Source: Octopus sinensis
Lineage: Eukaryota
DNA: 64,000 nucleotides
Direction of reading: 5' to 3'
NCBI RefSeq assembly: GCF_006345805.1
Contig: NC_043015.1
Span: 27,900,001-27,964,000, forward strand
Shown here: one piece after another, positions 11,234 through 24,285 of the stretch
How the letters are laid out: each line of letters opens with the position of its first letter
Position numbering within the stretch: position 1 is the stretch's first letter
The notes under the pieces: model-generated
Seen by the model: the letters and a program-made list of their open reading frames with translations, nothing else
Told to the model about the DNA's origin: nothing
Database searches by the model: none
Position numbers and translations under genes: made by a program

Positions 11234-11275
11234 CTGTACTTAAACATTTGTTGCCTGGTGCCCATGTTACATAAA
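11234..11275 (-). CDS. Candidate exon (LCNMGTRQQMFKY)
   Basis: Branch-point-like tactaac, acceptor ctgctttcaacaccag, donor CAG|gtattg; 42 nt; two frames are open, so the frame is ambiguous. Confidence 0.45.
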
Positions 11276-11382
11276 CTGGTGTTGAAAGCAGAGTTAGTAC
11301 AGAAGCAATTGCAACTGATCATTAAAGATGGATTAAAGTATTTCTTTGTCTTGTTATTTGGATTATATATATATGTGACCTC

Positions 11383-11580
11383 GTGAGTACTGCTGGCGAT
11401 TTTTTTCCTCTGTCTTCCCTTCTCGGGATCTTTCCTTCTCCTATGTTTCCGACGAAGAGCTCCGCTCGAAACGTTAAACCCTCCTTCTTCCCTTCTTTCC
11501 TGAGCATCCAATAATACTTTATTTGTTCCACGTCCTCGTGTTTTTTTGTTTTTTTTGTTTTCTTGTTTGGATTAACTTTA
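11383..11580 (+). mobile_element. Penelope-like terminal-repeat fragment inserted in (TA)n
   Basis: Pyrimidine-rich body with a minimal hammerhead; homologous inverted copy at 12530-12725. Confidence 0.7.
11445..11479 (+). ncRNA. Minimal Penelope-type hammerhead ribozyme motif
   Basis: gttt-CCGACGA-a-gagc tcc gctc-GAA-ACGT-T-aaac. Helix III is the palindrome ACGT; the core has U4C. Confidence 0.6.
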
Positions 11581-11749
11581 TATCTATACATACATATATA
11601 TATATATATACATACATATATATATATATACACACACATACACAGAGTGAGATGGGTAAATTGTTGTCATTTTATATTTTTAATTTGGTGCATTGTTTGT
11701 ATTTTTGATTTCGTCGACTACACAAGTATAGTAGGGTCAGTTGGGCACC

Positions 11750-12010
11750 GTCTGTGAGACAAACAGCACCATGACACAATTCACTCTGCCAGAAATTTGG
11801 AAATGACATGTTGTACTGCTTGGCATTTGCACTGGAAGCTCCAATACGAACATTTCAGAGGACATCCAGCTGGAGAGGGTTGCAGGGGGTAACGCTGTAT
11901 GTGAGGGCAACCATGCTTTTACTTAGCTTGACGAGTCTTTTCAAGCACAGCAAACCACCAGGAGTCTCGGTCCCCTGTCGTCCCTTCTATGAGTTCCAAC
12001 ATCAGTACAT
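11750..12010 (-). mobile_element. Old RTE LINE ORF2 end plus degenerate 3' UTR
   Basis: VRKDVLMLELIEGTTGDRDSWWFAVLEKTRQAK* parallels VKHDLRTLGLTEEMTSDRDLWKYAVREKTRQDK* at ~56000-56089. Confidence 0.7.
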
Positions 12011-12045
12011 CCTTTCTCACTATATATATATATATATATATATAT

Positions 12046-12231
12046 AGGCGCAGGAGTGGCTGTGTGGTAAGTAGCTTGCTTACCAACCACATGGTTCTGG
12101 GTACAGTCCCACTGTGTGGCACCTTGGGCAAGTGTCTTTTACTATAGCCTCGGGCCGACCAAAGCCTTGTGAGTGGATTTGGTAGACGGAAACTGAAAGA
12201 AGCCCGTCGTATATATGTATATATATATCTC

Positions 12232-12275
<44 letters not shown>

Positions 12276-12493
12276 ATGTGTGTGTGTATATGTTTGTGTG
12301 TCTGTGTTTGACCCCCTAGCATTGCTTGACAACCAATGCTGGTGTGTTTATGTCCCCGTCACTTAGTGGTTCGGCAAAAGAGACCGATAGAATAAGTACC
12401 GGGCTTACAAAGAATAAGTCCTGGGCTCGATTTGCTCGACTAAAGGCGATGCTTCAGCATGGCTGCAGTCAACTGACTGAAACAAGTAAAAGA

Positions 12494-12494
<1 letters not shown>
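12046..12494 (+). mobile_element. SINE-A full-length copy
   Basis: Consensus match with a long (TA)n(GT)n linker. Confidence 0.95.
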
Positions 12495-12527
<33 letters not shown>

Positions 12528-12529
12528 AA

Positions 12530-12725
12530 TATATAGTCAATCCAAACATGAACAAGCAAGGAAAAGCAACGCAAGGATGTGGAATAAGTACAGTGTTATT
12601 GGACACGGGAAAGAAAAGGAGAAGACAAAGGAGGAGAATCATGTTCGAGCGGAGCTCTTCATCAGAAATATAGAAAAAGTCCAAAGAAGGGAAGATGGAG
12701 AAAGAAAATCGCCAACGATACACAC
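12530..12725 (-). mobile_element. Penelope-like terminal-repeat fragment with degenerate hammerhead
   Basis: Minus strand tttCTGATGAagagctccgctcGAAcatg at ~12638-12670: canonical CUGAUGA but a damaged GAAA. Confidence 0.65.
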
Positions 12726-12727
12726 AT

Positions 12728-13075
12728 GGTCATCATCATCATCGTTTAGCGTCCGTTTTCCATGCTAGCATGGGTTGGACGGTTCAACTCGGGTCTGGGA
12801 AGCCAGAAGGCTGCACCAGGCCCAGTCTGATCTGGCAACATTTCAACAGCTGGATGCCCTTCCTAACACCAACCACTCCATGAGTGTAGTGGGTGCTTTT
12901 TATGTGCCAGGCGAGGCTGGTAAACGGCCATGATTGGATGGTGCTTTTTACGTGCCACTGGCAGAAGGCCAGTCGGGGCGGCGCTGGCAACGGCCACGTT
13001 CGGATGATTCTCTTACGTACCACCTGCACTGGTATCACAGCTGCAATTTCCATTGATGTTCATCGATTTCGATTT
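12728..13075 (-). mobile_element. RTE LINE 3' UTR fragment (three modules)
   Basis: (CAT)n tail and UTR match. Confidence 0.9.
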
Positions 13076-13993
13076 TATATATTTATATTGCTGAAGAGAG
13101 ATGTTTAAGGGAATGGACATACATATGTCTGTTTGATATATATGTGTGTGTTGTGTTTTCCTTATCCTGGCATTGTAGGAGAATTAAAAAACAAATGAGT
13201 ATCATCATCAGACAAGTGGCGACCCCTTTTTTCCCAATCTTTTTGTGAAAACCTGTCCAGCCAAAGGCAAATATTTTCTTGCTGGGAAACAAGCGAGGGT
13301 TGGTGAGACGAAAAGCATACGACTGAATAAAATCTGCTGAATGAGTTCTGTCTGAGCCACAGAAGCATGGAAAAGTGGATGTTAAAATGACAAAGATGAA
13401 GATGATGATGATAGTGTGTGTATATGTGCGCACGCACGTGCATATGTTTCCGAAACAATCTAAAATCTCTCATCGTCATATATAATCTTCGTCTAATAAT
13501 ATACAAATCCTGATTATATTGATTTTTTGATTTTTTTCTTATGCCTTGCCTAGACTGGTTTATGATGAAATCCGACAGGGGATAAAACGTACATTCGAGA
13601 GAGAATGTAGCAACAACATCTCCTCCTAGAAAAAGTTAAAAAAATAAAAATTATAAAATAAATTAATAAATAAAAAAATTTATAAATCAATGGAGCTATT
13701 GATTTATGAGTTTCCATATTGACGATTATTTAATCTTAATACTTAAAAAGAAACTTTTCTTAACTGATTTGACATCATTTGCTCTTGATTAGTTTATATA
13801 TACATATATATATGTATATATATATATATTATATATATATATATATATATGCATATATTTAGCTAATGGCAAGTAGTACTGAACATTACTCTTTTCTTAT
13901 TGGTCAAAATGTAGACCACTTATGTGTTGCTCCTATTTTGATATATTCTATACTATTGAAGATTCATATATATACATACACACACACACACAC

Positions 13994-14096
<103 letters not shown>

Positions 14097-14198
14097 TATA
14101 TATATACATATGTATCTTTATTTATTTTTTACATGTTTCAGTCATTAGACTGTGGCCATTCTGGAGCCACACCTCAATGAATTTTAGTTGAATGATCT

Positions 14199-14415
14199 GA
14201 ACTCAGAACGTAACGGCAGACGAAATACCTATTTCTTTACTACCCACAAGGGGCTAAACATAGAGGGGACAAACAAGGACAGACAAAGGGATTAAGTCGA
14301 TTACATCGACCCCAGTGCGTTAACTGGTACTTAATTTATCGACCCCGAAAGGATGAAAGGCAAAGTCGACCTCGGCGGAATTTGAACTCAGAATGTAACG
14401 GCAGACGAAATACGT
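14199..14415 (-). mobile_element. SINE-B body unit plus start of a second unit
   Basis: Reverse complement of the 184-bp unit; gaactcagaa(c/t)gtaacggcagacgaaatac occurs twice. Confidence 0.9.
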
Positions 14416-14863
14416 CTACGCATCGACAAATGATTTACAGTCCTAACCAACAGTGTATTAAGAACTTTGAGCTGTAGCAAGTAAAATAACTTTATTCCGT
14501 TTTGACTTCCTCCATTTAATTTCCTCTTTCACCACATGTCTCATTCACGGATTTAATAAGACCAATGAAATTTTAAAGGTGGATACTCTTCTGACTATCA
14601 AATCCCTAAGGGAAAGGAAAGACAAGTTTATTTTCAAAAAGTACCTCTTCTATAAAAATATTTGCTTGTCAGTTAAGCAACTGCTCTGATAGGACATGAT
14701 TTCTTTTCACCAAATGATTGTCTCAGACTCAAATTAACTCAACATGACAGATTAAGTATTTCATTATTACAAAATGGATGAAATTATATTGTTTCAATAT
14801 TATTAGAACCACAGATAAAATTAATGATTTTTTTACAGTCTGGCTGGTGTATTTCAGCACTAC

Positions 14864-14925
14864 CTTGTGATCTGTACCGAGCAGATTTGAAAGCCTTCCA
14901 TATTAATAGCTTTTCTTTCACGAGT
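14864..14925 (-). CDS. Candidate exon (frame uncertain: TRERKAINMEGFQICSVQIT or LVKEKLLIWKAFKSARYRSQ)
   Basis: Strong acceptor ttttctccacatgttatttag and donor AAG|gtagtg; 62 nt; two frames open. Confidence 0.4.
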
Positions 14926-15549
14926 CTAAATAACATGTGGAGAAAATCAATTGCTTCTTGATCTGTTATGATACAAGCTACAAGATGATCTTTTCACTTA
15001 TAGAAACAACAGACTATCTTTAGAAACATGACTGTCTTCATAAACGGATATTTACAGAAACACTAAGCATCTTCCTCAGCATGGATATGAAGCTGATTCC
15101 ATGGAAAAAGAACATCAAAATCTTATAAAAGATATGAAACAGGAATTTGCTTGTTCATTTAATGCGCTTTTTTTCATGCTAGCAAGAGGCAGGTAAAGAA
15201 TTATTTGAAGCCAGAATTTACTGATGGATGTCAGTCTTGTCAACAAATCTCATCTGCTTCTCTTGTAAAGCGTTTTTATACAGCTCAGATCTTCAAAAGA
15301 GCAAAGTGACTGGTTAGAATGTCAACATCAACACTGCTTCACTTACAAGTGACAAGCAAAATAGGTGCCAAAATCCCGTACTACAAACCTATTTGATAAA
15401 TCCAATGAGTTTCATGTTTATTAAATAATACTTAACTAAGTTTTTTTTGTGCAACAAAATAACTATTACTCACTGGACAAAACAATATTCATTAGTTTAT
15501 TAAATATAATTGGGACAAAGCAGTGATCACTGGCTTACTTTTACACCTT

Positions 15550-15949
15550 ACTCTTTTACTTGCTTCAGTCATTTGATTGCGGCCATGCTGGAGCACCACC
15601 TCTAATCGAGCAAATCGACCCCAGGACTTATTCTTTGTAAGCCCAGTACTTATTCTATCGGTCTCTTTTGCCGAACTGCTAAGTTACGGGGGACATAAAC
15701 ACACCAGCATCGGTTGTCAAGCAATGCTAGGGGGACAAACACAGACATACAAACACACATGCACATATATATATATACATATATACGATGGGCTTCTTTC
15801 AGTTTCCGTCTACCAAATCCACTCACAAGGCTTTGGTCGGCCTGAGGCTATAGCAGAAGACATTTGCCCAAGGTGCCACGCAGTGGGACTGAACCCGGAA
15901 CCATGTGGTTGGTAAGCAAGCTACTTACCACACAGCCACTCCTGCGCCT
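15550..15949 (-). mobile_element. SINE-A full-length copy
   Basis: Consensus match. Confidence 0.95.
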
Positions 15950-16159
15950 ATATGAGAAGGAAGCGTCAGCTTGTACATGAGAAGGAAAAAAAGCTTTCAA
16001 AAAACAAAACTAAGAAACAATAGCCAGTGAATTTATCCTTTCCTAAATTATGGAAATATGAATCCACCGCTGATAAAGAAGAAAAGGAGATGTTTCAAAG
16101 CTGCACCATGAGCTGCTAACCTAAAAGGGGCATAAGCCCAAATAAGAATTAATATAGCC

Positions 16160-16256
16160 TGGTGCAGCCATCTGGTTCGCCAGCCCTCAGTCAAAATCGT
16201 CCAACCCATGCTAGCATGGAAAGCGGATGTTAAACGATGATGATGATGATAATGAT
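16160..16256 (+). mobile_element. RTE LINE 3' end fragment
   Basis: ccaacccatgctagcatggaaagcggatgttaaac followed by (gat)n. Confidence 0.85.
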
Positions 16257-17357
16257 GGTAGAGGACGCGCGAAAATTCAGCATACGCTACAGAGCGGTTG
16301 TAATAGAAAGAGCCTCCAGCTAAAGAAAGGATATTAAAAAATATTGTGCAGGAGGGCAATAATTCCCAATAAGAACTGACAGAGAATAAAGAGAATTCTT
16401 TAATCTGGTGCTAGAGACAATAAAACGCACATCAGTGCACACTGTAAGACACAATAATAATAATAATAATGGCCAGTTCCCACTGTTGCTGTGGATGTCA
16501 GATGAGAAGTAAGATGTGAGATCCATCCAACTTACCTCAGCATGGAACAACACACAGAAAATGATGATAATATCTTATTTTCTTCACCTTTACCACCGTG
16601 ACTGCTTTATATGAAGTTACTAATTTTATATTCATTAATATGGAATTGTGTTCAGCCAACTTTAACACTTCCACGTGAAGATAGGACACCTCTACTGTTT
16701 TGTGCTGTTTGGGACGTGTGCGTTTTACTACTGGCTGCCTTTTACAATTAGTATGGCTAGCTCTGTTATTAACGACCAATAAAGCAACAGACAAATGCTT
16801 CGTAGGATTTGGCTAAACCTCATTAGATAGATATACTGCAAGATCGACATTACTTCCTATCTTTCTGGGATCGATAAAATATGTCCTGCTCAAGCACTGA
16901 GGTGAACATAATTAGCTATCTTCTTTAAGCAGTTGCAAATCAGATGTGCTTTACAACGTCATTCCAGGAACTTCTGACCTCCCAATAGCTTTGGGAGTCA
17001 ATTCACATTGTATGTGGCTGCCAATAACATCAATGTAGCTGAATGGTCGTCATTCTCTATTAGGAATTACAAGTCCCAACAACATTACATCTGATATGGC
17101 CTGTTGTTTAGCACGATAGCTATGGCCAGCAAAACTTACTCTGCATCGGTCAACAATAGTTAAAAAAAAAAAAAAAAATGCCTATGCCTTCTAAAAATTT
17201 AAGACTTTTATGCCTGAAAGATATACCTGTATTTTTTTTCATTTGAATTGAAGGAAGTAAATTATAAAGTGTTTTGTCCAAGAATACAACAATATTGAAA
17301 CAATATTAGAACACATTATACAAAGACCAAGTGTGTGCTACCCTTTTATCTTTTACT

Positions 17358-17675
17358 TATTTAATTGACCCTGAAAGGATGAAAGGCGAAGGCGAAGTTG
17401 ACCTTGGTGGAATTTGAACTAAGAATGTAGCGGCAGATGAAATACCTATTTCTTTACTACCCACAAGGGGCTAAACACAAAAGGGACAAACAAGGACAGA
17501 CAAACGGATTAAGTTGATTATATCGACTCCAGTGCGTAACTGGTAGTTATTTAATCGACCCCGAAAGGATGAAAGGCAAAATCGACCTTGGCGGAATTTG
17601 AACTCAGAACATAGCGGCAGAAACACCGCTAAGCATTTCGCCCAGCGTGCTAATGTTTCTGCCAGCTTGCCGCCT
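17358..17675 (-). mobile_element. SINE-B with head and ~1.5 body units
   Basis: Head ggcggcaagctggcagaaacattagcacgc on the minus strand; the body is partially duplicated. Confidence 0.9.
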
Positions 17676-17945
17676 TTTATTTCTATTCATTCTTATAACA
17701 TTATTGAACTAACATAATTGTCATTTGCATTTTCCCTTCACAATAATGCCTCATAGTTTTAAATACAACGTATTGTTGCCTTTGAACAATATATATATAT
17801 CAATCATGTAAAATGATTTCTTCTGGCTGTGTACAAAGCAAAACTTTGTAAAGAAGGTAGGTTGAACTGATCCACGAAAACCAGGACGGAAAAAAAGTGA
17901 ATTCACACCTAATGAGATTTGAACTAAGAACATAGAAACATATAT

Positions 17946-18105
17946 ATCATCATCATCGTTTAACGTCTGTTTTCCGCGCTAGCACGGGTTGGATGGTTCA
18001 ACCGGGGTCTGGGAAGCCAGGGGCTGCACCAGGCTCCAGTCTGATCTGGCAGTGTTTTTACAGCTGGATGCCCTTCCTAACGCCAACCACTCCGCGAGTG
18101 TAGTC
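17946..18105 (-). mobile_element. RTE LINE 3' end fragment
   Basis: (CAT)n tail and UTR match. Confidence 0.9.
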
Positions 18106-18605
18106 ATATATCTGTGAATAAAGTAGTCTGGCAGAAACCTATTATAGCCATCTCATAAATAACAAAGGGATATCGTAGATGGAATTCATATAACATCATA
18201 TTTTAAATGTATATAATAAACATCTTCATGGAAGATGCTAAGTGTTCTGATACCATCTGAACATGAACTACAAAATGTATTTTCTCTAAAATCAATCAAT
18301 ATTAATTAAAAATATACGGATAAGTATTAAAACAGCCAGCCATTAACTAAAAAAAGAATCTTACGTCAATTAAAGAGAAAAATAAAATAAAAGCTAAATG
18401 AAACTAATAGTGCTAAATGTGAATTTTCTAATATAAAGAAGCTAAAAAAATTATATTAACACATATAGCAAAGGAAAAAAAAAACTGAAAATAAAGTTTT
18501 AATGATTTAAAATATCAATTTATCTTGTCTAAGAATGGCTGGAATAGAAAATTTCCATGGTAGCAACAAGTATTTAAACTATGATAAATGACATTTTAGA
18601 TAAAA

Positions 18606-18993
18606 CTAGCAGTATCGCCCGGCGTTGCTCAGGTTTGTAAGGGAAATAACTATAAGGCATTTTTAGAGAGTTATAGCCAAAAAATAGCAAAAAAATGGAA
18701 AAAAAATGATGGTAAATTTTTTTTTTGAGAGTAATAAAAGGTTGAGTTGCGTCCCCTAGACAGTCTGTGGTTTGTTTTTTTTTATTCTCGACCCCATGTT
18801 GAATTTATCGATTTTTTTCAGAACTGGGGGAACTTTTCAAAATTTTCGCTGCGTTAGTTTTGAATTATGACATTGGGCTATGTGTGTGTCAAGTTTCATC
18901 AGAATCGGTTGAAAGCCGTGGTCAGGGTGAGGGTACGAGAAAACAGACACACAGAAACACGCACAGACAAACTGCCGTTTATATAGAGAGAGA
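18606..18993 (-). mobile_element. Non-autonomous Helitron-like element
   Basis: Minus strand begins A|TC and ends with hairpin cctgagcaacgccggg...CTAG|T. No TSD. Confidence 0.75.
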
Positions 18994-19357
18994 TACGTAA
19001 AAAATTCATGTGTTAAAGAGTTATGGTTGGATTAAAATGTTGACTTACAGTTCTGTCCTCTAGGTACATCGTTTTGGATAGGAAATCTATTCCAATTGTG
19101 GCCTGAAATGGAAAAAATAATTTATGTAGAATATGTAAAAAAAGAATCTGTATATGTATATCTATATGGCTATAAGTAAAAAATATAAATATACTTGTGT
19201 TTGGAAGTACAAATACAAAAAGGTGTTTAGCACATGTAGTAAGTTAATTATTCAGTAAAAGCTGATAATTAAGCCCATCCCTCCTACATACAGTTCCTTG
19301 TAATTCTTGAATTACCACCACCATCATCACCACCAAAAAAAAAAAAAAAAGTATATA

Positions 19358-19760
19358 AGGCGTAGGAGTGGCTGTGTGGTAAGTAGCTTGCTTACCAACC
19401 ACATGGTTCCGGGTTCATTCCCACTGCGTGGCACCTTGGGCAAGTGTCTTCTACTATAGCCTCGCGCCGACCAAAGCCTTGTGAGTGGATTTGGTAGACG
19501 GAAACTGAAAGAAGCCCGTCGTATATATGTATATATATATAGATATGTATGTGCGTGTTTGTGTGTCTGTGTTTGTTCCTCCAACATTGCTTGACAACCG
19601 ATGCTGGTGTGTTTACGTCCCGTAACATAGCAGTTCGGCAAAAAAGAGACCGATATAATAAGTACTAGGCTTACAAAGAATAAGTCCTGGGGTCGATTTG
19701 ATTGACTAAAGGCGGTGCTCCAGCATGGCCAAAGTCACATGACTGAAACAAGTAAAAAAA
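19358..19760 (+). mobile_element. SINE-A full-length copy
   Basis: Consensus match. Confidence 0.95.
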
Positions 19761-20363
19761 AAAAAAAGAAAGAAAAAGGGATGATGTGGGCTGAGTGACA
19801 AGGAAATTGGTTCCTAGAGAGGGATAACTGGTAAGCAGAAAAGAAAGGGATGGAATGTGTGCAGTTCTGCTCTCATATAATTACAACAGTTGAGGAAATA
19901 GAGTCTTAGCTCTTAGAAGGATGAAAGAGGCACGGATGTTACAAAGATGAGTTGTGGGGAAGGCTTGACAGGTACAGAATGGGTGGCAGGATATAGATAT
20001 GAATGATATGCTTTTAGGACCTCATTTCTGGTGAAATGGAAGGAAGTGTCTTCAACACATACACACACATATATAGTGTACTGTTCTGTGATGGTAAGAT
20101 CAACACAAAAAGTACTCCATCTGGTGAGAGATATTATTTAATAAGCAGAATATATGTTCTTATGTGCTACTATTAGCTTCATGAGCTGAGAACATGCCAA
20201 ACGGTGTTTTATAACATGTCTTGTGTTTCAGCACAATCATCAGACACTGCTCACATGGCATAACAGACTAAAAATGGGATGAGAGAAAAAGCAAGAAGGA
20301 AATATATATAAAAAGTGGAAGGTTGAAAGACTGGAAAACGAAAAAGAAATCAGAAAGAAGCAA

Positions 20364-20553
20364 AAGGGGAATAAGAATTATTTCCCTTAGACTGTAAATT
20401 ATAAGGCTGAAAACAGAGTGTCTTTGATCCTATGGTACAGTTATTTAATCTGGCAGGGGAAGTACTTCCCAGTTTTTCAACAGGAACTTAGGTATATGCT
20501 TACAACTGTTTAACATTTCAGATCTAGAGTTTAGTAGTGAGTTAAAGTTCTTA
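20364..20553 (+). repeat. 190-bp dispersed direct repeat, copy 1 (unclassified)
   Basis: Roughly 85-90% identical by eye and colinear with 22628-22817. Confidence 0.9.
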
Positions 20554-21623
20554 CACATATCAATACATTTGAAATTGATGATTTATGCCATACAGTTTCT
20601 TGCTATACATGCTCCTTCTGGTGATATTTTCGAGGCACTGTTTTAATGCCAACACTTTTAATCGAGTCACATTACATGCAGGGAGACGGTGTACTTATTC
20701 TAAAAACTTGGTTAGACTTTCATTAAATTTGAAAACAAATATAAATCCTAAATTCTTCTACAACCAACTATAATTTTGTTTGTGCATGAGTGTATACATG
20801 TACACACAGACACACACACACTCTTGCATGCAAATTTATCTTGAAATTATGGGGGATGTTTAAACATTTTTTTTTCTTTTAATACAACCCAAGTCGTAAG
20901 CCAATTTCTTTTTAAATTTCTAGATGCGTAATGTGTATTTACATAAGTGATTATATACATGATATGAAATGAAAATATAGCTAAATGTGCATATAATTAT
21001 TTCAGTGACTTGATGTTTTGTATATCTACTTTTTTTTTTTTCACTTTCTACATCCAAAGCTGAATTATAGTAGAATGATTTTAAAAATTAAGCAAAACAT
21101 AGGATTTAAAACAAATATTTATGTTGTAATTAAATTTTACTTTCCTGGTGCAATCCAGACGCAAACATAATAAAAACTGACTGCTAACTTAATATATTCT
21201 AGATTATACTGTTTTATACACAATTACCAAGCTGGAATGAAAACGCTGGTTTTCTCAAAACTTATTTATCTCTAAGTAGTTAGACTAATTTGCTTTTACA
21301 GATGGAAGCTCTCTTACTTTTGCTTTTCATTTAAGAGGTAAAGTAGGAGTGAAACCTGTTTGCTAGCCAAACAGACTGTGTCAAATAGAGTTAAAGTTTA
21401 AAACCATATTAGATCTCGATTTTGCTTGCCATTTTGTCATCCAGTATAATAGATGCAACTCTCTTTCAGTTCAATTTATTAAATTGGATCTGTAAAGAAT
21501 CCCAGACATTTCTTAGAATTGTTTTTGGGATATGAGTTATGGTTGACTGTTATATAGTATGTTTAAATTCTCCACTTTAGGTTATTTCAAAAGTCAACTG
21601 CAAACAAAGATGAGTGTAATTAT

Positions 21624-21840
21624 TCTTTTATTTGTTTCAGTCAATAAAGACTGCAACCATGCTGGAGCACTGCCTTTAGGTGAGCAAATCGACCCTAGGA
21701 CTTATTTTTTGTAAGCCTAGTACTTATTCTATCAGTCTCTCTTGTCGAACCGCTAAGTGACGGGGATGTAAACACACCAGCATCGGTTGTCAAGCAATGT
21801 TTGGGGGGATAATCACAGACACACAAACATATACATACAT

Positions 21841-21894
<54 letters not shown>

Positions 21895-22032
21895 CAGACT
21901 TCTTTCAGTTTCCGTCTACCAAATCCACTCACAAAGATTTGGTCGGCCCGAGGCTATAGTAGAAGACACCTGCCCAAGGTGCCATGCAGTGAGACTGAAC
22001 CCGGAACCATGTAGTTAGTAAGCAAGCTACTT
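21624..22032 (-). mobile_element. SINE-A copy (head truncated)
   Basis: Consensus match. Confidence 0.9.
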
Positions 22033-22337
22033 GGCTGATATACCTTCCAGCCTTCTTCAGGTGTGTTTGGGAAATTTTGAACCGGGGTTCTCATTCCTAA
22101 CATATTTTTCGATGTTATTATTATTATTATTATTATTAAGGTCATTGCCTGGAATCAAACTCAGAATCTTGGGGTTAGTAGGCCGTGCTCTTAACCATTT
22201 TTTTTAAAGACTATCTTATAAGTAAGTGTGGCATGGCTGTTTGGTAAGAAGTTTGCTTCCTGACTACATGGTTTTGGGTCCAAATCTCTGAGTGAATTTG
22301 GTAGATGGAAGCTGAAAGAAGCCACTCATATATATAT

Positions 22338-22386
<49 letters not shown>

Positions 22387-22627
22387 TATAGAAAAAATCA
22401 CATATAACACACAAACAGAGCCTAAAAGATTGCTTTAAGATACATGGCATATTTTATAAATATGTCTGTTCAAGTATCACAGTAGCACAAAAGTATTAGT
22501 AGGTCTTTTGGTTGTATATTTAATTTGATATGTGTGTGTGTGTGCTGTACACATGCATATAAATGTATGCGAATGTGTGTTACTGGTCTTCTTGCCTTGA
22601 CTTCACATGATGATTATAATGTCATGC

Positions 22628-22817
22628 AAGGGGAATAAGAGTTATTTCCCCGAGACTGTAAATTATAAGGCTGAAAAGATAGTGTCTTTGATCCTGTGGT
22701 ACAGTTATTCAATCTGGTAGGGGAAGTACTTCCCAATTCTTCAATAGGAACTTAGGTATATGCTTACAACAGCTGAACATTTCAGATCTAGAGTTCAGTA
22801 GTGAGTCAAAGTTCTTA
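22628..22817 (+). repeat. 190-bp dispersed direct repeat, copy 2 (unclassified)
   Basis: See 20364-20553. Confidence 0.9.
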
Positions 22818-23283
22818 GATCTTATACATATATATTGTTTAGATAAATGTCACTTTAAATTGGAGCAAATATATTATTCGTAAAAAACATATCTTGTCAA
22901 GGGGAAATATTACCTTACTTGGAAATAGGTGAAGGTTGATGATAGGAAGGGCATTTGTACATAAAAAAAAAAAAGTTCAGGTCAACAAACTCTGTCTTGC
23001 CCATTCACGTATAGAAAAATGGACGTTAAAACACTGACGATGATTACAAGTATGAGCACGTGAAAAGCAATTCAACACGCTTATGGATACATTATGCTTG
23101 GATTGGTGCAGAAAAATTATAAATCAATGAAATGGATTAAAAATAAAAAAAACCCCACTGAAATGGAGTTGAGCTGGACATGTCTGGAAAATAAGAGACA
23201 ATCAATGGTCAATGACCTAAAAAAGCCGACAGACAAGATTCTGGGTCATCACAAAAGAAACAGAAACTAGCAATGACATGACA

Positions 23284-23672
23284 CTGTGGTAAGTTTGTTT
23301 TCCATTTGCAGGATTTTGGGTTCAGTCCCACTGCGTGGCACTTTGGTCAAGTGTCTTCTACTATAGCCTCGGGCCGACCAAAGCCATGTGAATGGATTTG
23401 GTAGACGGAAACTGAAAGAAGCCCATCATATATATGTATATATATATATGTGTGTGTGTGTGTATATGTTTGTGTGTCTGTGTTTGTCCCCCCAACATTG
23501 CTTGACAACCAATGCTGGTGTGCTTACTTTCCCGTAGCTTAGTGGTTTGGCAATAGAGACCAATAGAATAAGTACTAGGCTTACAAAGAATAAGTCCTGG
23601 GGGCGATTTGCTCGACTAAAAAGGCGGTGCTCCAGCATGGCCACAGTCAAATGACTGAAACAAGTAAAAGAG
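23284..23672 (+). mobile_element. SINE-A copy
   Basis: Consensus match. Confidence 0.9.
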
Positions 23673-24285
23673 TACAAGAACAAGTGTCACCGTCATCCTG
23701 CAGAGTGTCCTTCGTTTCCAGTCTGCCATGAAAGCAGGTGTGGTCATGGGGGGAAAATATTACCTTGGGAACAGGTGAGGGCTGGTAACTGGAATGGCAA
23801 CCAGCCATAGGAAAATGGTGCCTCAACAAATTCTGTCCCAGTCACGTGAACATGGAACAGTAAATGCTAAAACAATGATGGGGAAGAAGGGCAGGTGAGT
23901 TGGGTAAATTTGACAAAATGGAGACTAATTAATTAAAGGGAAAGAATTTGATTGATATGCACTCATTTAAGTACTCAAGTTTTATTTATACAAATTTGGT
24001 TGAATATGCTAATTCTTAATCATATAGCTTGATAGGATCTTGATTAAATGAAATGTATCCTTACAGTGTAAACAGTTCCCATTTTCTGGTCTAAAGCGAT
24101 GTCGCCGTTAAATGGAAGAGGAATTAGAGGAAATGTTTGATGCATGAACCAGGAAGTTAATTAGTTAGGAAAACAAAAGGAGCAGAGGATGAATCAAGTA
24201 GGTCTAAGATAAGTAGCTTAAACAGTTATCGAGTACACCAGCAGAACCGAATGGAGTTGATGCAGCTCAAAACAGAGACCACCTG

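Noticed and set aside
16535-16610. Minus-strand exon ending at a perfect GAG|gtaagt donor
   Set aside because: The acceptor is weak, and it forces a frame that hits stops in downstream candidate exons. Left unassigned.
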